Source: Corynebacterium glutamicum ATCC 13032 (GTDB taxonomy: Bacteria > Actinomycetota > Actinomycetes > Mycobacteriales > Mycobacteriaceae). Taken from it: a DNA stretch of 32,000 nucleotides. Shown one piece after another: positions 14,726 through 23,264 of this stretch. Numbering within the stretch: the stretch's first letter is position 1; every line of letters starts with the position of its first letter. Below the pieces are notes generated by a model. The model saw only the letters and a list, made by a program, of their open reading frames with translations. It had not been told where the DNA came from and did no database searches. Position numbers and translations under genes: made by a program. Location of the stretch: NCBI RefSeq assembly GCF_000011325.1, contig NC_003450.3, positions 1,470,001 through 1,502,000 of the forward strand, written 5' to 3'.

Positions 14726-16030
14726 ATGGCTGATAACTTCGACCGCTCTCGTGACAACGATCGCTCAAGCGACCGCACTCCTCGTGGAGACCGCGGCGAT
14801 CGCGGTGGCTACCGAAACTCCCGCGGCAACGATGACCGCGGAAACTACCGTCAAAACCGAGATGGTGAATCACGAGATCGCGGCGGATACCGCGGTGACC
14901 GTCGCGACAACCGCTCAGGTGAATATCGTCAACGTGACGATAGGCGTGACGATCGTAGGGACAACCGAAGCGATGACCGCCGCGGTGGTTACCGCTCCGA
15001 TCGCAACTTTGACGATCGCAACAGCAACATGCGTGATGATCGTCGCGGCGGCGACCGTTCATACAGCCGTAATGATCGCTCCGATCGTGGCTATCGTAGC
15101 AATGACCGCTACGACCGTAATGATCGTCGCGATGACAACAGGGACACCAGGGGTGGCGATCGCGGAGACCGTCGCTACGACAGGCGCGATGACCGACGTG
15201 ATGATCGTCGCGATGATCGTCGTGGCGGACAGGGCCAGGGGCGTCCAGGTGGAGATCGTCGACATGCGAACCGTGCAGGTGCAGGTCGCGATCAGCAGCG
15301 TGATTCGCTGCATCCACAGCGCGCTGGTTTCCGTGAAGAGCGCTTGAACACTCGTCTCAATGAGCCTGATTTGCCGGGCGATATTGATATCAAGGACTTG
15401 GATCCTTTGGTCCTGCAGGATTTGAAGGTTTTGTCTAAGGACAACGCAGATGCCGTCGCAAAGCATATGATCATGGCTGCGACCTGGCTGGCCGACGATC
15501 CTCAATTGGCACTGCGCCACGCCCGTGCTGCGAAGGATCGCGCGGGACGCGTGTCCGTCGTGCGTGAGACGAACGGCATTGCTGCTTACCATGCTGGTGA
15601 GTGGAAGGAAGCTCTTTCGGAGCTTCGTGCTGCGCGCCGCATGTCGGGTGGTCCTGGTTTGATTGCTGTGATGGCTGACTGTGAGCGTGGCTTGGGTCGT
15701 CCTGAGAAGGCGATTGAGCTGGCTCGAGAAGAGGATTTGAGCTCTTTGGATCAGGATAACCTGATCGAGTTAGCGATTGTTGTTGCTGGAGCACGCCATG
15801 ATTTGGGTCAGCATGACTCTGCGATTGTGGAATTGCAGAAGGTTAATCCAAGCTTGAAGAGCACCGGTTTCACCCATTCTCGTTTGTCTTACGCTTACGC
15901 CGATGCGCTTGTTTTGGCTGGTCGTGGCGATGAAGCACGTGAGTGGTTCCAGCACGCTGCCACCTTGGATGAGGACGGCTACCTCGATGCAGAGGAGCGT
16001 ATCGAGCAGCTCGATAATGGGAACAACTAG
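14726..16030 (+). CDS. protein with an about 200-aa Arg/Asp/Gly-rich (RGG-containing) disordered N-terminal region and a TPR-like helical C-terminal domain
   Basis: I chose ATG 14726 (MADNFDRS...), which has AAGGA at 14715-14719. The track's TTG start at 14675 lies inside the rrn terminator stem. The C-terminal half is built of helical-repeat pairs. Its position matches the Rv1691-like slot of the conserved block (from memory). Confidence 0.85.
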   Translation: MADNFDRSRDNDRSSDRTPRGDRGDRGGYRNSRGNDDRGNYRQNRDGESRDRGGYRGDRRDNRSGEYRQRDDRRDDRRDNRSDDRRGGYRSDRNFDDRNSNMRDDRRGGDRSYSRNDRSDRGYRSNDRYDRNDRRDDNRDTRGGDRGDRRYDRRDDRRDDRRDDRRGGQGQGRPGGDRRHANRAGAGRDQQRDSLHPQRAGFREERLNTRLNEPDLPGDIDIKDLDPLVLQDLKVLSKDNADAVAKHMIMAATWLADDPQLALRHARAAKDRAGRVSVVRETNGIAAYHAGEWKEALSELRAARRMSGGPGLIAVMADCERGLGRPEKAIELAREEDLSSLDQDNLIELAIVVAGARHDLGQHDSAIVELQKVNPSLKSTGFTHSRLSYAYADALVLAGRGDEAREWFQHAATLDEDGYLDAEERIEQLDNGNN

Positions 16031-16041
16031 ACTATTGGTCT

Positions 16042-17028
16042 ATGAGTGTAATCACGGAATATGACAGCCTTCTTCTTGATCTAGATGGAACCGTCTACGA
16101 GGGCGGCCGAGCCATTGAGCACGTAGTTTCTGCGCTCTCTGGCGCCGGCCTACCCGTCATGTATGTCACCAATAATGCCTCCCGTGCTCCGGAGGTGGTG
16201 GCTGCGCAACTCCGTGAGATTGGCCTTGCCGACACCACTGCGGACAATGTGATGACATCTGCTCAAGCTGCCTGCAAGATGGCGGCGGAGAAGATTCCCG
16301 CTGGATCCAAGGTGTATGTTTTGGGTTCAGAATCCTTCCGCGAGCTAGCTACTGAAGCTGGTTTTGTGGTGGTTGATTCGGCTGATGATAAACCTGTGGC
16401 TGTGCTTCACGGCCACAACCCTGAGACCGGTTGGGCTCAGTTGAGCGAGGCTGCGCTGTCAATTAATGCTGGCGCGCAGTATTTTGCATCAAATTTGGAT
16501 TCCACCCTTCCCATGGAACGCGGTCGTCACATTGGCAACGGTTCCATGGTGGCTGCCGTGGTCAACGCGACTGGCGTAAAGCCTCTTTCCGCAGGTAAGC
16601 CAGGCCCCGCGATGTTCTATGCGGGGGCTAAAACTCTTAATTCTTCAAAGCCTTTGGCTGTCGGCGATCGTCTCGATACTGATATTGCAGGCGGAAACGC
16701 TGCAGGCATGGACACATTCCAGGTCCTGACCGGCGTCAGCGGCTACTACGATTTGGTGCGCGCCATTCCAGAGCAGCGCCCCACCTATATCGCCACCTCG
16801 ATGCAGGATCTCTACAGCGATCCGGGCGAGCTCAAGCCAGGTGCCCAGGGCGGTTTTTCAGCGCTTATCGACGGCGACACCCTGGTCATTTCCGGCGGCG
16901 ATGCCGGCGCAACTCCGGTTGCAGCACTCCGCACTGCGTTGGATGTGGCCTGGGCGGCCACAGAGCCAGTCACCGAGGTACGCGCTGATTCAGAGGTAGC
17001 TGCTACTGCATTGCAGAGCTGGTGGTAA
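16042..17028 (+). CDS. HAD-superfamily (NagD/IIA-type) phosphatase
   Basis: The HAD motifs are present: LLDLDGTVY (motif I), YVTNNASR (II), GKP (III) and GDRLDTDIAGG (IV). It is the positional equivalent of M. tuberculosis Rv1692 (from memory). Confidence 0.9.
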   Translation: MSVITEYDSLLLDLDGTVYEGGRAIEHVVSALSGAGLPVMYVTNNASRAPEVVAAQLREIGLADTTADNVMTSAQAACKMAAEKIPAGSKVYVLGSESFRELATEAGFVVVDSADDKPVAVLHGHNPETGWAQLSEAALSINAGAQYFASNLDSTLPMERGRHIGNGSMVAAVVNATGVKPLSAGKPGPAMFYAGAKTLNSSKPLAVGDRLDTDIAGGNAAGMDTFQVLTGVSGYYDLVRAIPEQRPTYIATSMQDLYSDPGELKPGAQGGFSALIDGDTLVISGGDAGATPVAALRTALDVAWAATEPVTEVRADSEVAATALQSWW

Positions 17029-17031
17029 ACG

Positions 17032-17196
17032 GTGAATTCACCAAAGCCTCATGATCCTCGTGCAGCTCATGTGACCAACCCGGAAGAAATTGCGGGAAAA
17101 GTCAATGAGGTTTTAAGCCGCGAAGCAGAGACACTGCGAGATGAAGCCCTCAACCTTGAGGAAGCCCACCGCATCCTCAACGACGCATTGTCTTAA
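17032..17196 (+). CDS. small conserved-looking ORF (54 aa), not in the supplied ORF track
   Basis: GTG at 17032 lies 3 nt after the HAD stop, with GGTGG 6 nt upstream. It reads VNSPKPHDPRAAHVTNPEEIAGKVNEVLSREAETLRDEALNLEEAHRILNDALS, then TAA at 17194-17196. It fills the otherwise empty 209-nt gap and matches the small-gene slot (Rv1693-like) before tlyA. Confidence 0.5.
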   Translation: MNSPKPHDPRAAHVTNPEEIAGKVNEVLSREAETLRDEALNLEEAHRILNDALS

Positions 17197-17237
17197 ACAC
17201 TATTTTTTAACCACTCACGAAAGAAGAACACCTCCAG

Positions 17238-18059
17238 ATGGTTGCACGCAGAAGACTGGACGCAGAACTTGTTCGTCGAAAGATCGCACGATCAAGGGAA
17301 CACGCGGTTGAAATGATCCGCGGTCGGCGCGTCTTTGTTGCAGGAATGCTTGCTTTAAAGCCCGCAACAGTCGTGGAACCAGAGGTGTCTATTCGTGTGG
17401 AAGAAGATGCTAGTGAAGATTGGGCATCCCGCGGTGCGCACAAGCTTCTTGGTGCGCTGGAATCTTTTGAGCCCTTGGGGCTCAAGGTCAAGGGCCGTCG
17501 CGTGCTAGATGCCGGCGCTTCGACAGGCGGATTTACGGACGTGTTGCTACGTCGAGAAGCGTCTGAAGTAGTGGCAGTAGACGTGGGCTACGGACAGCTT
17601 ATTTGGCGCCTGCAAAACGACGACCGCGTGCGCGTGGTGGACCGCACCAACATCAGATACATGACGCTGGAAGACACCGGCGGAGAATGCGACATGATGG
17701 TGGGCGATCTCTCATTTATTTCGCTTAAACTCACGTTGCCGGCGATCGCCAAGGTCCTAAGCGACGGCGCTGATCTATTACCCATGGTCAAGCCACAATT
17801 TGAAGTCGGAAAAGACCGATTGGGCAGTGGCGGCGTGGTGCGCTCACCAGAGTTGCGCGCAGAAGTTACCGCGGATGTCGCGAAATTTGCGGCCACTTTG
17901 GGCCTGAGCTTGAAGCATGTTGTTGCATCCCCGCTGCCCGGCCCGTCAGGCAACGTAGAATACTTCCTGTGGCTGGTTAAAGATGGTGGCGCTTCAATGC
18001 CGGATGACCAGCAATTGTCGGCAATGATTGACACGGCTGTAAAGGAAGGTCCGCAATAA
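17238..18059 (+). CDS. tlyA: TlyA-family rRNA 2'-O-methyltransferase
   Basis: It has an N-terminal S4 domain (RRLDAELVRRKIARSREHAVEMIRGRRVFV) and the FtsJ-type SAM motif LDAGASTGGFTDVLL. The stop overlaps the ppnK start (TAATG). Confidence 0.92.
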   Translation: MVARRRLDAELVRRKIARSREHAVEMIRGRRVFVAGMLALKPATVVEPEVSIRVEEDASEDWASRGAHKLLGALESFEPLGLKVKGRRVLDAGASTGGFTDVLLRREASEVVAVDVGYGQLIWRLQNDDRVRVVDRTNIRYMTLEDTGGECDMMVGDLSFISLKLTLPAIAKVLSDGADLLPMVKPQFEVGKDRLGSGGVVRSPELRAEVTADVAKFAATLGLSLKHVVASPLPGPSGNVEYFLWLVKDGGASMPDDQQLSAMIDTAVKEGPQ

Positions 18060-19021
18060 TGACTGCACCCACGAACGCTGGGGAACTCAGGCGAGTTTTG
18101 CTGGTTCCACACACCGGGCGTTCTTCCAATATTGAATCCGCCATCTTGGCAGCCAAGCTGCTCGACGATGCTGGAATCGATGTGAGGGTGCTGATCAATG
18201 ATGCAGATGATCCAATTGCAGAGCACTCCGTTTTAGGCCGTTTCACCCATGTCAGGCACGCTGCAGACGCCGCTGACGGCGCAGAACTAGTTCTGGTGCT
18301 GGGTGGAGATGGCACCTTCCTCCGCGCAGCAGATATGGCCCACGCTGTTGATTTGCCTGTTCTGGGCATCAACCTAGGCCATGTGGGATTCTTGGCTGAA
18401 TGGGAGTCTGACTCACTTGAAGAGGCACTCAAACGTGTGATCGACCGCGATTACCGTATTGAAGATCGCATGACCTTAACTGTCGTTGTCCTAGACGGCG
18501 GTGGAGAAGAAATCGGCCGAGGCTGGGCTCTCAATGAGGTCAGTATTGAAAACTTAAACCGCAGGGGAGTGCTCGATGCAACCCTCGAGGTAGATGCACG
18601 ACCAGTTGCTTCCTTTGGTTGCGATGGCGTGCTGATTTCCACCCCAACCGGCTCCACCGCTTATGCATTTTCCGCCGGTGGTCCTGTACTGTGGCCAGAA
18701 CTCGATGCCATCTTGGTGGTTCCTAATAACGCCCACGCGCTGTTTACCAAACCGCTGGTTGTGAGCCCAAAATCCACCGTAGCTGTGGAATCCAATTCAG
18801 ATACTTCAGCAGCGATGGCCGTCATGGATGGTTTCCGTCCCATTCCTATGCCTCCAGGATCCCGTGTTGAGGTCACCAGGGGTGAGCGTCCCGTGCGTTG
18901 GGTGAGGCTTGATTCTTCACCGTTTACCGACCGACTTGTGAGCAAATTAAGGCTCCCCGTTACCGGTTGGCGGGGTCCGCAAAAACAGGCGGAAAATAAA
19001 GATCCCAGGTCAGCGGGGTAA
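18059..19021 (+). CDS. ppnK: NAD kinase
   Basis: GGDGTFL, NEVSIE and STPTGSTAYAFSAGGP motifs are present. The gene overlaps tlyA by 1 nt. Confidence 0.95.
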   Translation: MTAPTNAGELRRVLLVPHTGRSSNIESAILAAKLLDDAGIDVRVLINDADDPIAEHSVLGRFTHVRHAADAADGAELVLVLGGDGTFLRAADMAHAVDLPVLGINLGHVGFLAEWESDSLEEALKRVIDRDYRIEDRMTLTVVVLDGGGEEIGRGWALNEVSIENLNRRGVLDATLEVDARPVASFGCDGVLISTPTGSTAYAFSAGGPVLWPELDAILVVPNNAHALFTKPLVVSPKSTVAVESNSDTSAAMAVMDGFRPIPMPPGSRVEVTRGERPVRWVRLDSSPFTDRLVSKLRLPVTGWRGPQKQAENKDPRSAG

Positions 19022-19078
19022 TTCGAAAACCATTCGAACAATTTTCGAGGATTTAGAAAAAACGTTCGCATAAATTGT

Positions 19079-19103
19079 TAGAACTGATGTACACTTTGAG
19101 GCA
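19079..19103 (+). promoter_or_regulatory. candidate recN promoter -10 (TACACT) giving a leaderless mRNA, overlapped by an SOS-box-like GAAC-N4-GTAC
   Basis: TACACT at 19090-19095 ends 7 nt before the A of the recN ATG (19103), and no properly spaced SD is present. TAGAACTGATGTACAC (19079-19094) contains GAAC-TGAT-GTAC, one mismatch from the GAAC-N4-GTTC LexA core. Confidence 0.4.
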
Positions 19104-20884
19104 TGCTCGTAGACATTGCTATTGAGAACCTCGGAGTTATTCCAGCGGCCTCAGCTGAGTTCAGCTCAGGTTTAACAGTGCTCACCGGTGAGACCGGCGC
19201 CGGAAAGACCATGGTAGTGACAGGTTTACGCCTGTTATCCGGCGGTCGCGCCGACGCTTCACGCGTGCGCACAGGATCCCCTCAAGCTGTTGTGGAGGGG
19301 CGCTTTGTTACGCAAGGCGTGCCCTGCGACATTGTCGAACGTGCAACCGGAATCGTTTCGAACGCCGGAGGTGCCGCAGATGAAAATGGAGAGTTTTTAG
19401 CTGTCCGTTCCGTCGGCGCCAACGGCCGTTCAAAAGCTCATCTCGGTGGTCGCTCCGTACCTGCGGCAACGCTGTCCGAGTTCTCTGATGAGCTGTTGAC
19501 CATCCACGGTCAAAATGACCAACTCCGGTTGCTCTCCCCAGAACGCCAACTAGAGGCGCTTGATCGTTTTGATCCAGAGCTGGCCCAACTGCGCAAAAAC
19601 TACAACGCCAAGTACCTCACTTGGAAGTCCTTGGATAAAGATCTGCAGAAGCGCCTGAGTAGTAGGCGAGAGCTGGCTCAAGAAGTCGATCGCCTGCAAT
19701 TCGCGATTAATGAGATCGAGGAAGTCTCGCCACAGCCAGGCGAAGACGCCGAACTGGTTGAGCAGATCCGCAGGCTCCAGGACGTGGACACCCTGCGGGA
19801 GCAAGCTGCAACCGCATTGGCTGCGATTGATGGTGCCGGCTCTCTCAGCGACGCCATGGGTGGTTCCGGCGGCTTTGATGAATCCCAGGAGTCAGCCTCT
19901 GACCAGCTCGGCCAGGCGGAGTCCGCGCTGGCAGGCAGTGATGACTCAAAGCTGAAAGATATTGCCGTTCAGCTTGCGGAAATCACCAGCCAGCTCAGCC
20001 AAGTGTCCATGGAATTGGGCGGGTTCCTCTCTGATCTCCCCGCAGACCCCCAAGCACTCGATGACATGCTCACCCGCCAACAGCAATTGAAACTGCTCAC
20101 GCGTAAATACGCTGCAGATATTGACGGCGTGATTGAGTGGCAGCGGAAAGCCCAAATCCGCCTAGACAGCATTGACATTTCCTCCGAAGCGCTTGACAAG
20201 CTGAAAGAAGACGCGAAAAAGGCGCAGGCCTCCATGATGCGTGCCGCTAAGAAGCTTTCAGCTGTCCGTGCAAAGGCAGCAACCAAGTTGGGGACAACTG
20301 TCACCGAGGAGCTTCAGGGCCTGGCCATGCAAAAAGCCCGCTTTGAGGTTGCTTTGACCTCCATTGAGGCGTGCGCCAGCGGTATCGACCAGGTGGAATT
20401 CCAGCTCGCAGCAAATGCCTTTGCACAGCCTCGTCCACTTGCATCCTCTGCGTCTGGTGGTGAACTTTCCCGCGTTATGTTGGCGCTCGAGGTGATCTTG
20501 GCTGCTGGAACCACGGGCACCACCTTGGTGTTCGACGAGGTTGATGCAGGTGTGGGCGGACGCGCAGCGGTGGAAATCGGTCGCCGCCTGGCCCGCCTTG
20601 CCACCAAAAACCAAGTCATCGTGGTCACCCATCTCCCACAGGTCGCTGCTTACGCCGACACGCACCTGCACGTTGCCAAGAATGTAGGAGAAGCCTCCGT
20701 GACCTCAGGAGTGGAGTCACTGACCTTCGACCGACGCGTGGAAGAGCTCTCCCGCATGCTCGCTGGCCTCGACGACACCGCCACCGGCCGAGCCCACGCA
20801 ACGGAGCTGCTCGAGCGTGCACAGCGTGAAAAGGAAGATATTAACGAGGAGCGAGTAGAACCACTTCTCGCCGCCAGTGCATAA
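19103..20884 (+). CDS. recN: DNA repair protein RecN
   Basis: 593-aa SMC-like ORF with Walker A GETGAGKT, a long coiled-coil middle, the signature SGGELSRVMLAL and Walker B LVFDEVDAGVGG. Confidence 0.96.
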   Translation: MLVDIAIENLGVIPAASAEFSSGLTVLTGETGAGKTMVVTGLRLLSGGRADASRVRTGSPQAVVEGRFVTQGVPCDIVERATGIVSNAGGAADENGEFLAVRSVGANGRSKAHLGGRSVPAATLSEFSDELLTIHGQNDQLRLLSPERQLEALDRFDPELAQLRKNYNAKYLTWKSLDKDLQKRLSSRRELAQEVDRLQFAINEIEEVSPQPGEDAELVEQIRRLQDVDTLREQAATALAAIDGAGSLSDAMGGSGGFDESQESASDQLGQAESALAGSDDSKLKDIAVQLAEITSQLSQVSMELGGFLSDLPADPQALDDMLTRQQQLKLLTRKYAADIDGVIEWQRKAQIRLDSIDISSEALDKLKEDAKKAQASMMRAAKKLSAVRAKAATKLGTTVTEELQGLAMQKARFEVALTSIEACASGIDQVEFQLAANAFAQPRPLASSASGGELSRVMLALEVILAAGTTGTTLVFDEVDAGVGGRAAVEIGRRLARLATKNQVIVVTHLPQVAAYADTHLHVAKNVGEASVTSGVESLTFDRRVEELSRMLAGLDDTATGRAHATELLERAQREKEDINEERVEPLLAASA

Positions 20885-20943
20885 GAGTTTTCTTGGAATT
20901 TTTTAGGCGCGCCTCCACCAAAGGTTGAGACTTTGGTTCCACA

Positions 20944-22137
20944 ATGGGCTGCATGAGTCTGTTCAACCGCAAAGCCGACCTGCCCGGCCTGCAAGGTGCC
21001 ACCCGAATCTGCACCCCGCAGGGCAAAGGGCTAAAGCGCCTGTCCGAAGGCGATCTCGCAATCATTGATGCACCAGATCTATCCAGGACCTTCGCCCAAC
21101 GATTGCTAGCAGCAAAACCCGCCGCAGTCCTCAACGTTTCCCGGTTCACCACCGGATCGGTGCCCAACTTTGGACCGCAAATGCTTATCGACGGCGGCAT
21201 CCAGCTCGTGGAAGGCTTTGGCCAGGAGCTGCTCGACGGCACCAAAGACGGTAAGAAAGGTCGCCTGACAGAAGATGGACAGCTCTTCTACGGCGAACGA
21301 CTGATCTCTAACGGCAGTGTTCTCAGTGGACCTGCGGCTGAAAATGCATTTGCAGACGCCCAGCAATCACTGCTGGACCGCATGGAAGCCTATTTCGGCA
21401 ACACCATTCAGTTCATTCACTCAGAAGCACCGCTCCTGATCGATGGCCTCGGCATTCCCGATACCGGAAATGCCATTGAAGGCCGCAAAGTTCTCATTGC
21501 CTCACCAGGGGATAACCACCGCAGCAGGCTCAAAGAACTCCGCAGCTTCATCCGCGAATACGATCCAGTACTCATCGGTGTCGATGGGGCAGCAGACACC
21601 TTGGTGGAATTGGGGTACAAGCCCGCGCTGATCGTCGGCAATCCCACTGGTATCGGCGCAGATGCGCTGCGCAGTGGCGCCAACGTAATTTTGCCAGCTG
21701 ATCCAGACGGCCACGCTGTTGGTCTGGAGCGCATCCAGGATCTTGGCATCGGTGCGATGACCTTCCCATCCTCAGTAAATTCCTCCACGGATCTGGCGCT
21801 CCTGCTTGCGGATTTCCACAACCCGCAGATGATCGTCAACGTCGGCGGTCCTGTCACCCTTGATGGTGTTTTTGAAAACCGCGAAGATTCCGATCCCGCG
21901 GCGCTTTTGACGCGCGCCAAGCTAGGCACCAAGCTTGTCGACGGATCCGTCATCGCAAGTCTTTACACAGTGCGCAGCTCCAGCAACCTTGGATGGATGT
22001 GGGCACTGTTAGCCATTTTGGTGGTTCTTGCAGTCGTGATTGTTATCGCTGGCACCGCAGGATCAGGCTCTTTTACCGACAACCTCATTGACACCTGGAA
22101 CAGCTTCGCGCTGACAGTCCAGGGTTGGTTCAAATAG
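20944..22137 (+). CDS. steA: SteA-type cell-separation protein (thiamine-pyrophosphokinase-like domain, C-terminal TM helix)
   Basis: 397-aa ORF with a C-terminal TM helix (WMWALLAILVVLAVVIVIAG). Its position between recN and the MctB-like gene matches Rv1697/cg1603 (SteA, from memory). An alternative start is ATG 20953. Confidence 0.8.
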   Translation: MGCMSLFNRKADLPGLQGATRICTPQGKGLKRLSEGDLAIIDAPDLSRTFAQRLLAAKPAAVLNVSRFTTGSVPNFGPQMLIDGGIQLVEGFGQELLDGTKDGKKGRLTEDGQLFYGERLISNGSVLSGPAAENAFADAQQSLLDRMEAYFGNTIQFIHSEAPLLIDGLGIPDTGNAIEGRKVLIASPGDNHRSRLKELRSFIREYDPVLIGVDGAADTLVELGYKPALIVGNPTGIGADALRSGANVILPADPDGHAVGLERIQDLGIGAMTFPSSVNSSTDLALLLADFHNPQMIVNVGGPVTLDGVFENREDSDPAALLTRAKLGTKLVDGSVIASLYTVRSSSNLGWMWALLAILVVLAVVIVIAGTAGSGSFTDNLIDTWNSFALTVQGWFK

Positions 22138-22146
22138 GAAGGCAAC

Positions 22147-23112
22147 ATGGCTAAACGACGTGGAAGAGGCGCCGCAACCTTCGCCGCACTGGGATTTGGT
22201 GCAGCAGCCGGCATTGCCTTTGGAACTTATGTGCTTGCACCCAACCTTCCTGAAAACATTGACCCAAATGCACCAACATCAGCTGAATTAGTCGAGGCAG
22301 AGACCTTGGCTGAGGTTAATGCGGTGCAGGCCGATCAAGCAGACAGCATCATTGACCACATCGTGGAAGACGTGGTGGCTGGCACACTGACCGATCGCCC
22401 CGTACTGGTGATGCGCACCGCTGACGCTGAAGAATCAGACGTTGCCGATGTGTCATGGCTGTTGCAGCAAGCAGGAGCTATTAATGCTGGATCCATTACA
22501 CTTGAGGAGAATTTCTTCTCCCAAGACGGCGCGGACCAGCTGAAATCAATCGTGGCAAATACGTTGCCTGCAGGCGCTCAGCTTTCTGAAACCCAACTGG
22601 ATCCAGGAACTCACGCTGGCGAGGCACTTGGTGCCGCTTTGCTGCTCAACCCTGAAACTGGTGAACCACTAGCCAGCACTGCAGAGCGCGGACTATTGCT
22701 CAACGTGCTGCGCGACAACGGTTACATCTCGTACGAAGACGGCACCATTTTGCCAGGCCAGGTCATCGTGATGATTACTGGCGATAGCGACGGCTCAGGT
22801 GATGGTGCCTTCGCTGCAGAAACACAATCGCTGTTTGCTCGCGCACTTGACGCCCAAGGATCAGGCGTGGTGGTTGCAGGACGTATTCACACTGCTGCTG
22901 ATACTGGAGTTATTGGACGGCTTCGTGCCAACCCTGATGCTGCAGAAAACGTCTCTACAATTGATTCCGTGAATCGTACTTGGGGCAAGATGGCTACCGT
23001 GCTATCAGTTCGTGAGGAACTAGCCGGTAGGTCTGGAGCGTTTGGTTCCGCTGCCTCCGCAGACGCGGCAAGTCCGTCTCTCGATGGAACTGCAGCAGCG
23101 CCAGCGCAGTAG
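22147..23112 (+). CDS. steB: SteB / MctB-family membrane-anchored protein
   Basis: 321-aa ORF with AGGAAGG RBS at 22134-22140 and an N-terminal TM anchor (AATFAALGFGAAAGIAFGTYVLA). Positional equivalent of Rv1698 (MctB) / cg1604 (SteB), from memory. Confidence 0.78.
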   Translation: MAKRRGRGAATFAALGFGAAAGIAFGTYVLAPNLPENIDPNAPTSAELVEAETLAEVNAVQADQADSIIDHIVEDVVAGTLTDRPVLVMRTADAEESDVADVSWLLQQAGAINAGSITLEENFFSQDGADQLKSIVANTLPAGAQLSETQLDPGTHAGEALGAALLLNPETGEPLASTAERGLLLNVLRDNGYISYEDGTILPGQVIVMITGDSDGSGDGAFAAETQSLFARALDAQGSGVVVAGRIHTAADTGVIGRLRANPDAAENVSTIDSVNRTWGKMATVLSVREELAGRSGAFGSAASADAASPSLDGTAAAPAQ

Positions 23113-23127
23113 GTTTTCCAAGCCTTT

Positions 23128-23168
23128 AAAACGGAGTGTCTAGGCAAATGGATGCTCCGTTTTCTTTT
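23128..23168 (+). terminator. intrinsic terminator after steB
   Basis: AAAACGGAG (23128-23136) pairs with CTCCGTTTT (23155-23163), followed by CTTTT. The stem could extend through wobble pairs. Confidence 0.6.
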
Positions 23169-23247
23169 ACCGCGAATCATCTGTTGATCTATAGATAGAT
23201 ACCAGAAAAAGGGTCTCTGAACTGGCATTATTTTTAACCCCAATTGC

Positions 23248-23258
23248 TGTGTTATGCT
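23248..23258 (+). promoter_or_regulatory. candidate extended -10 promoter element (TGTGTTATGCTGG) in the pyrG upstream region
   Basis: TGTGT-TATGCT-GG fits the corynebacterial extended -10 pattern (tgngnTAnnnTgg) as I recall it. The -35 region is poor. Confidence 0.35.
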
Positions 23259-23264
23259 GGGGTT

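Noticed and set aside
14697-15592. Three long ORFs (14697-15317 minus, 14751-15347 plus, 15059-15592 minus) overlapping the Arg/Asp-rich gene
   Set aside because: They are by-products of the CGn/GAy repeat, which lacks stop codons in several frames. Their products are implausible (His/Asp/Arg/Cys or Thr/Ala/Val/Ile runs). Only the 14726-16030 frame continues into a structured domain and has an RBS.
17588-18432. ORFs of 212 aa and 151 aa on the minus strand across tlyA/ppnK
   Set aside because: They are antisense to two well-supported genes with clear catalytic motifs. They have no motifs of their own and a Ser/Pro/Arg-rich shadow composition.
19060-19095. TTCGCATAAATTGTTAGAAC upstream of recN, considered as a dif (XerCD) site because xerD is nearby
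   Set aside because: Only the first arm resembles the GCGCATAA-type XerC arm. The second arm does not match the TTATGTnAAnT pattern as I recall it. The location inside a promoter region also argues against a dif site.
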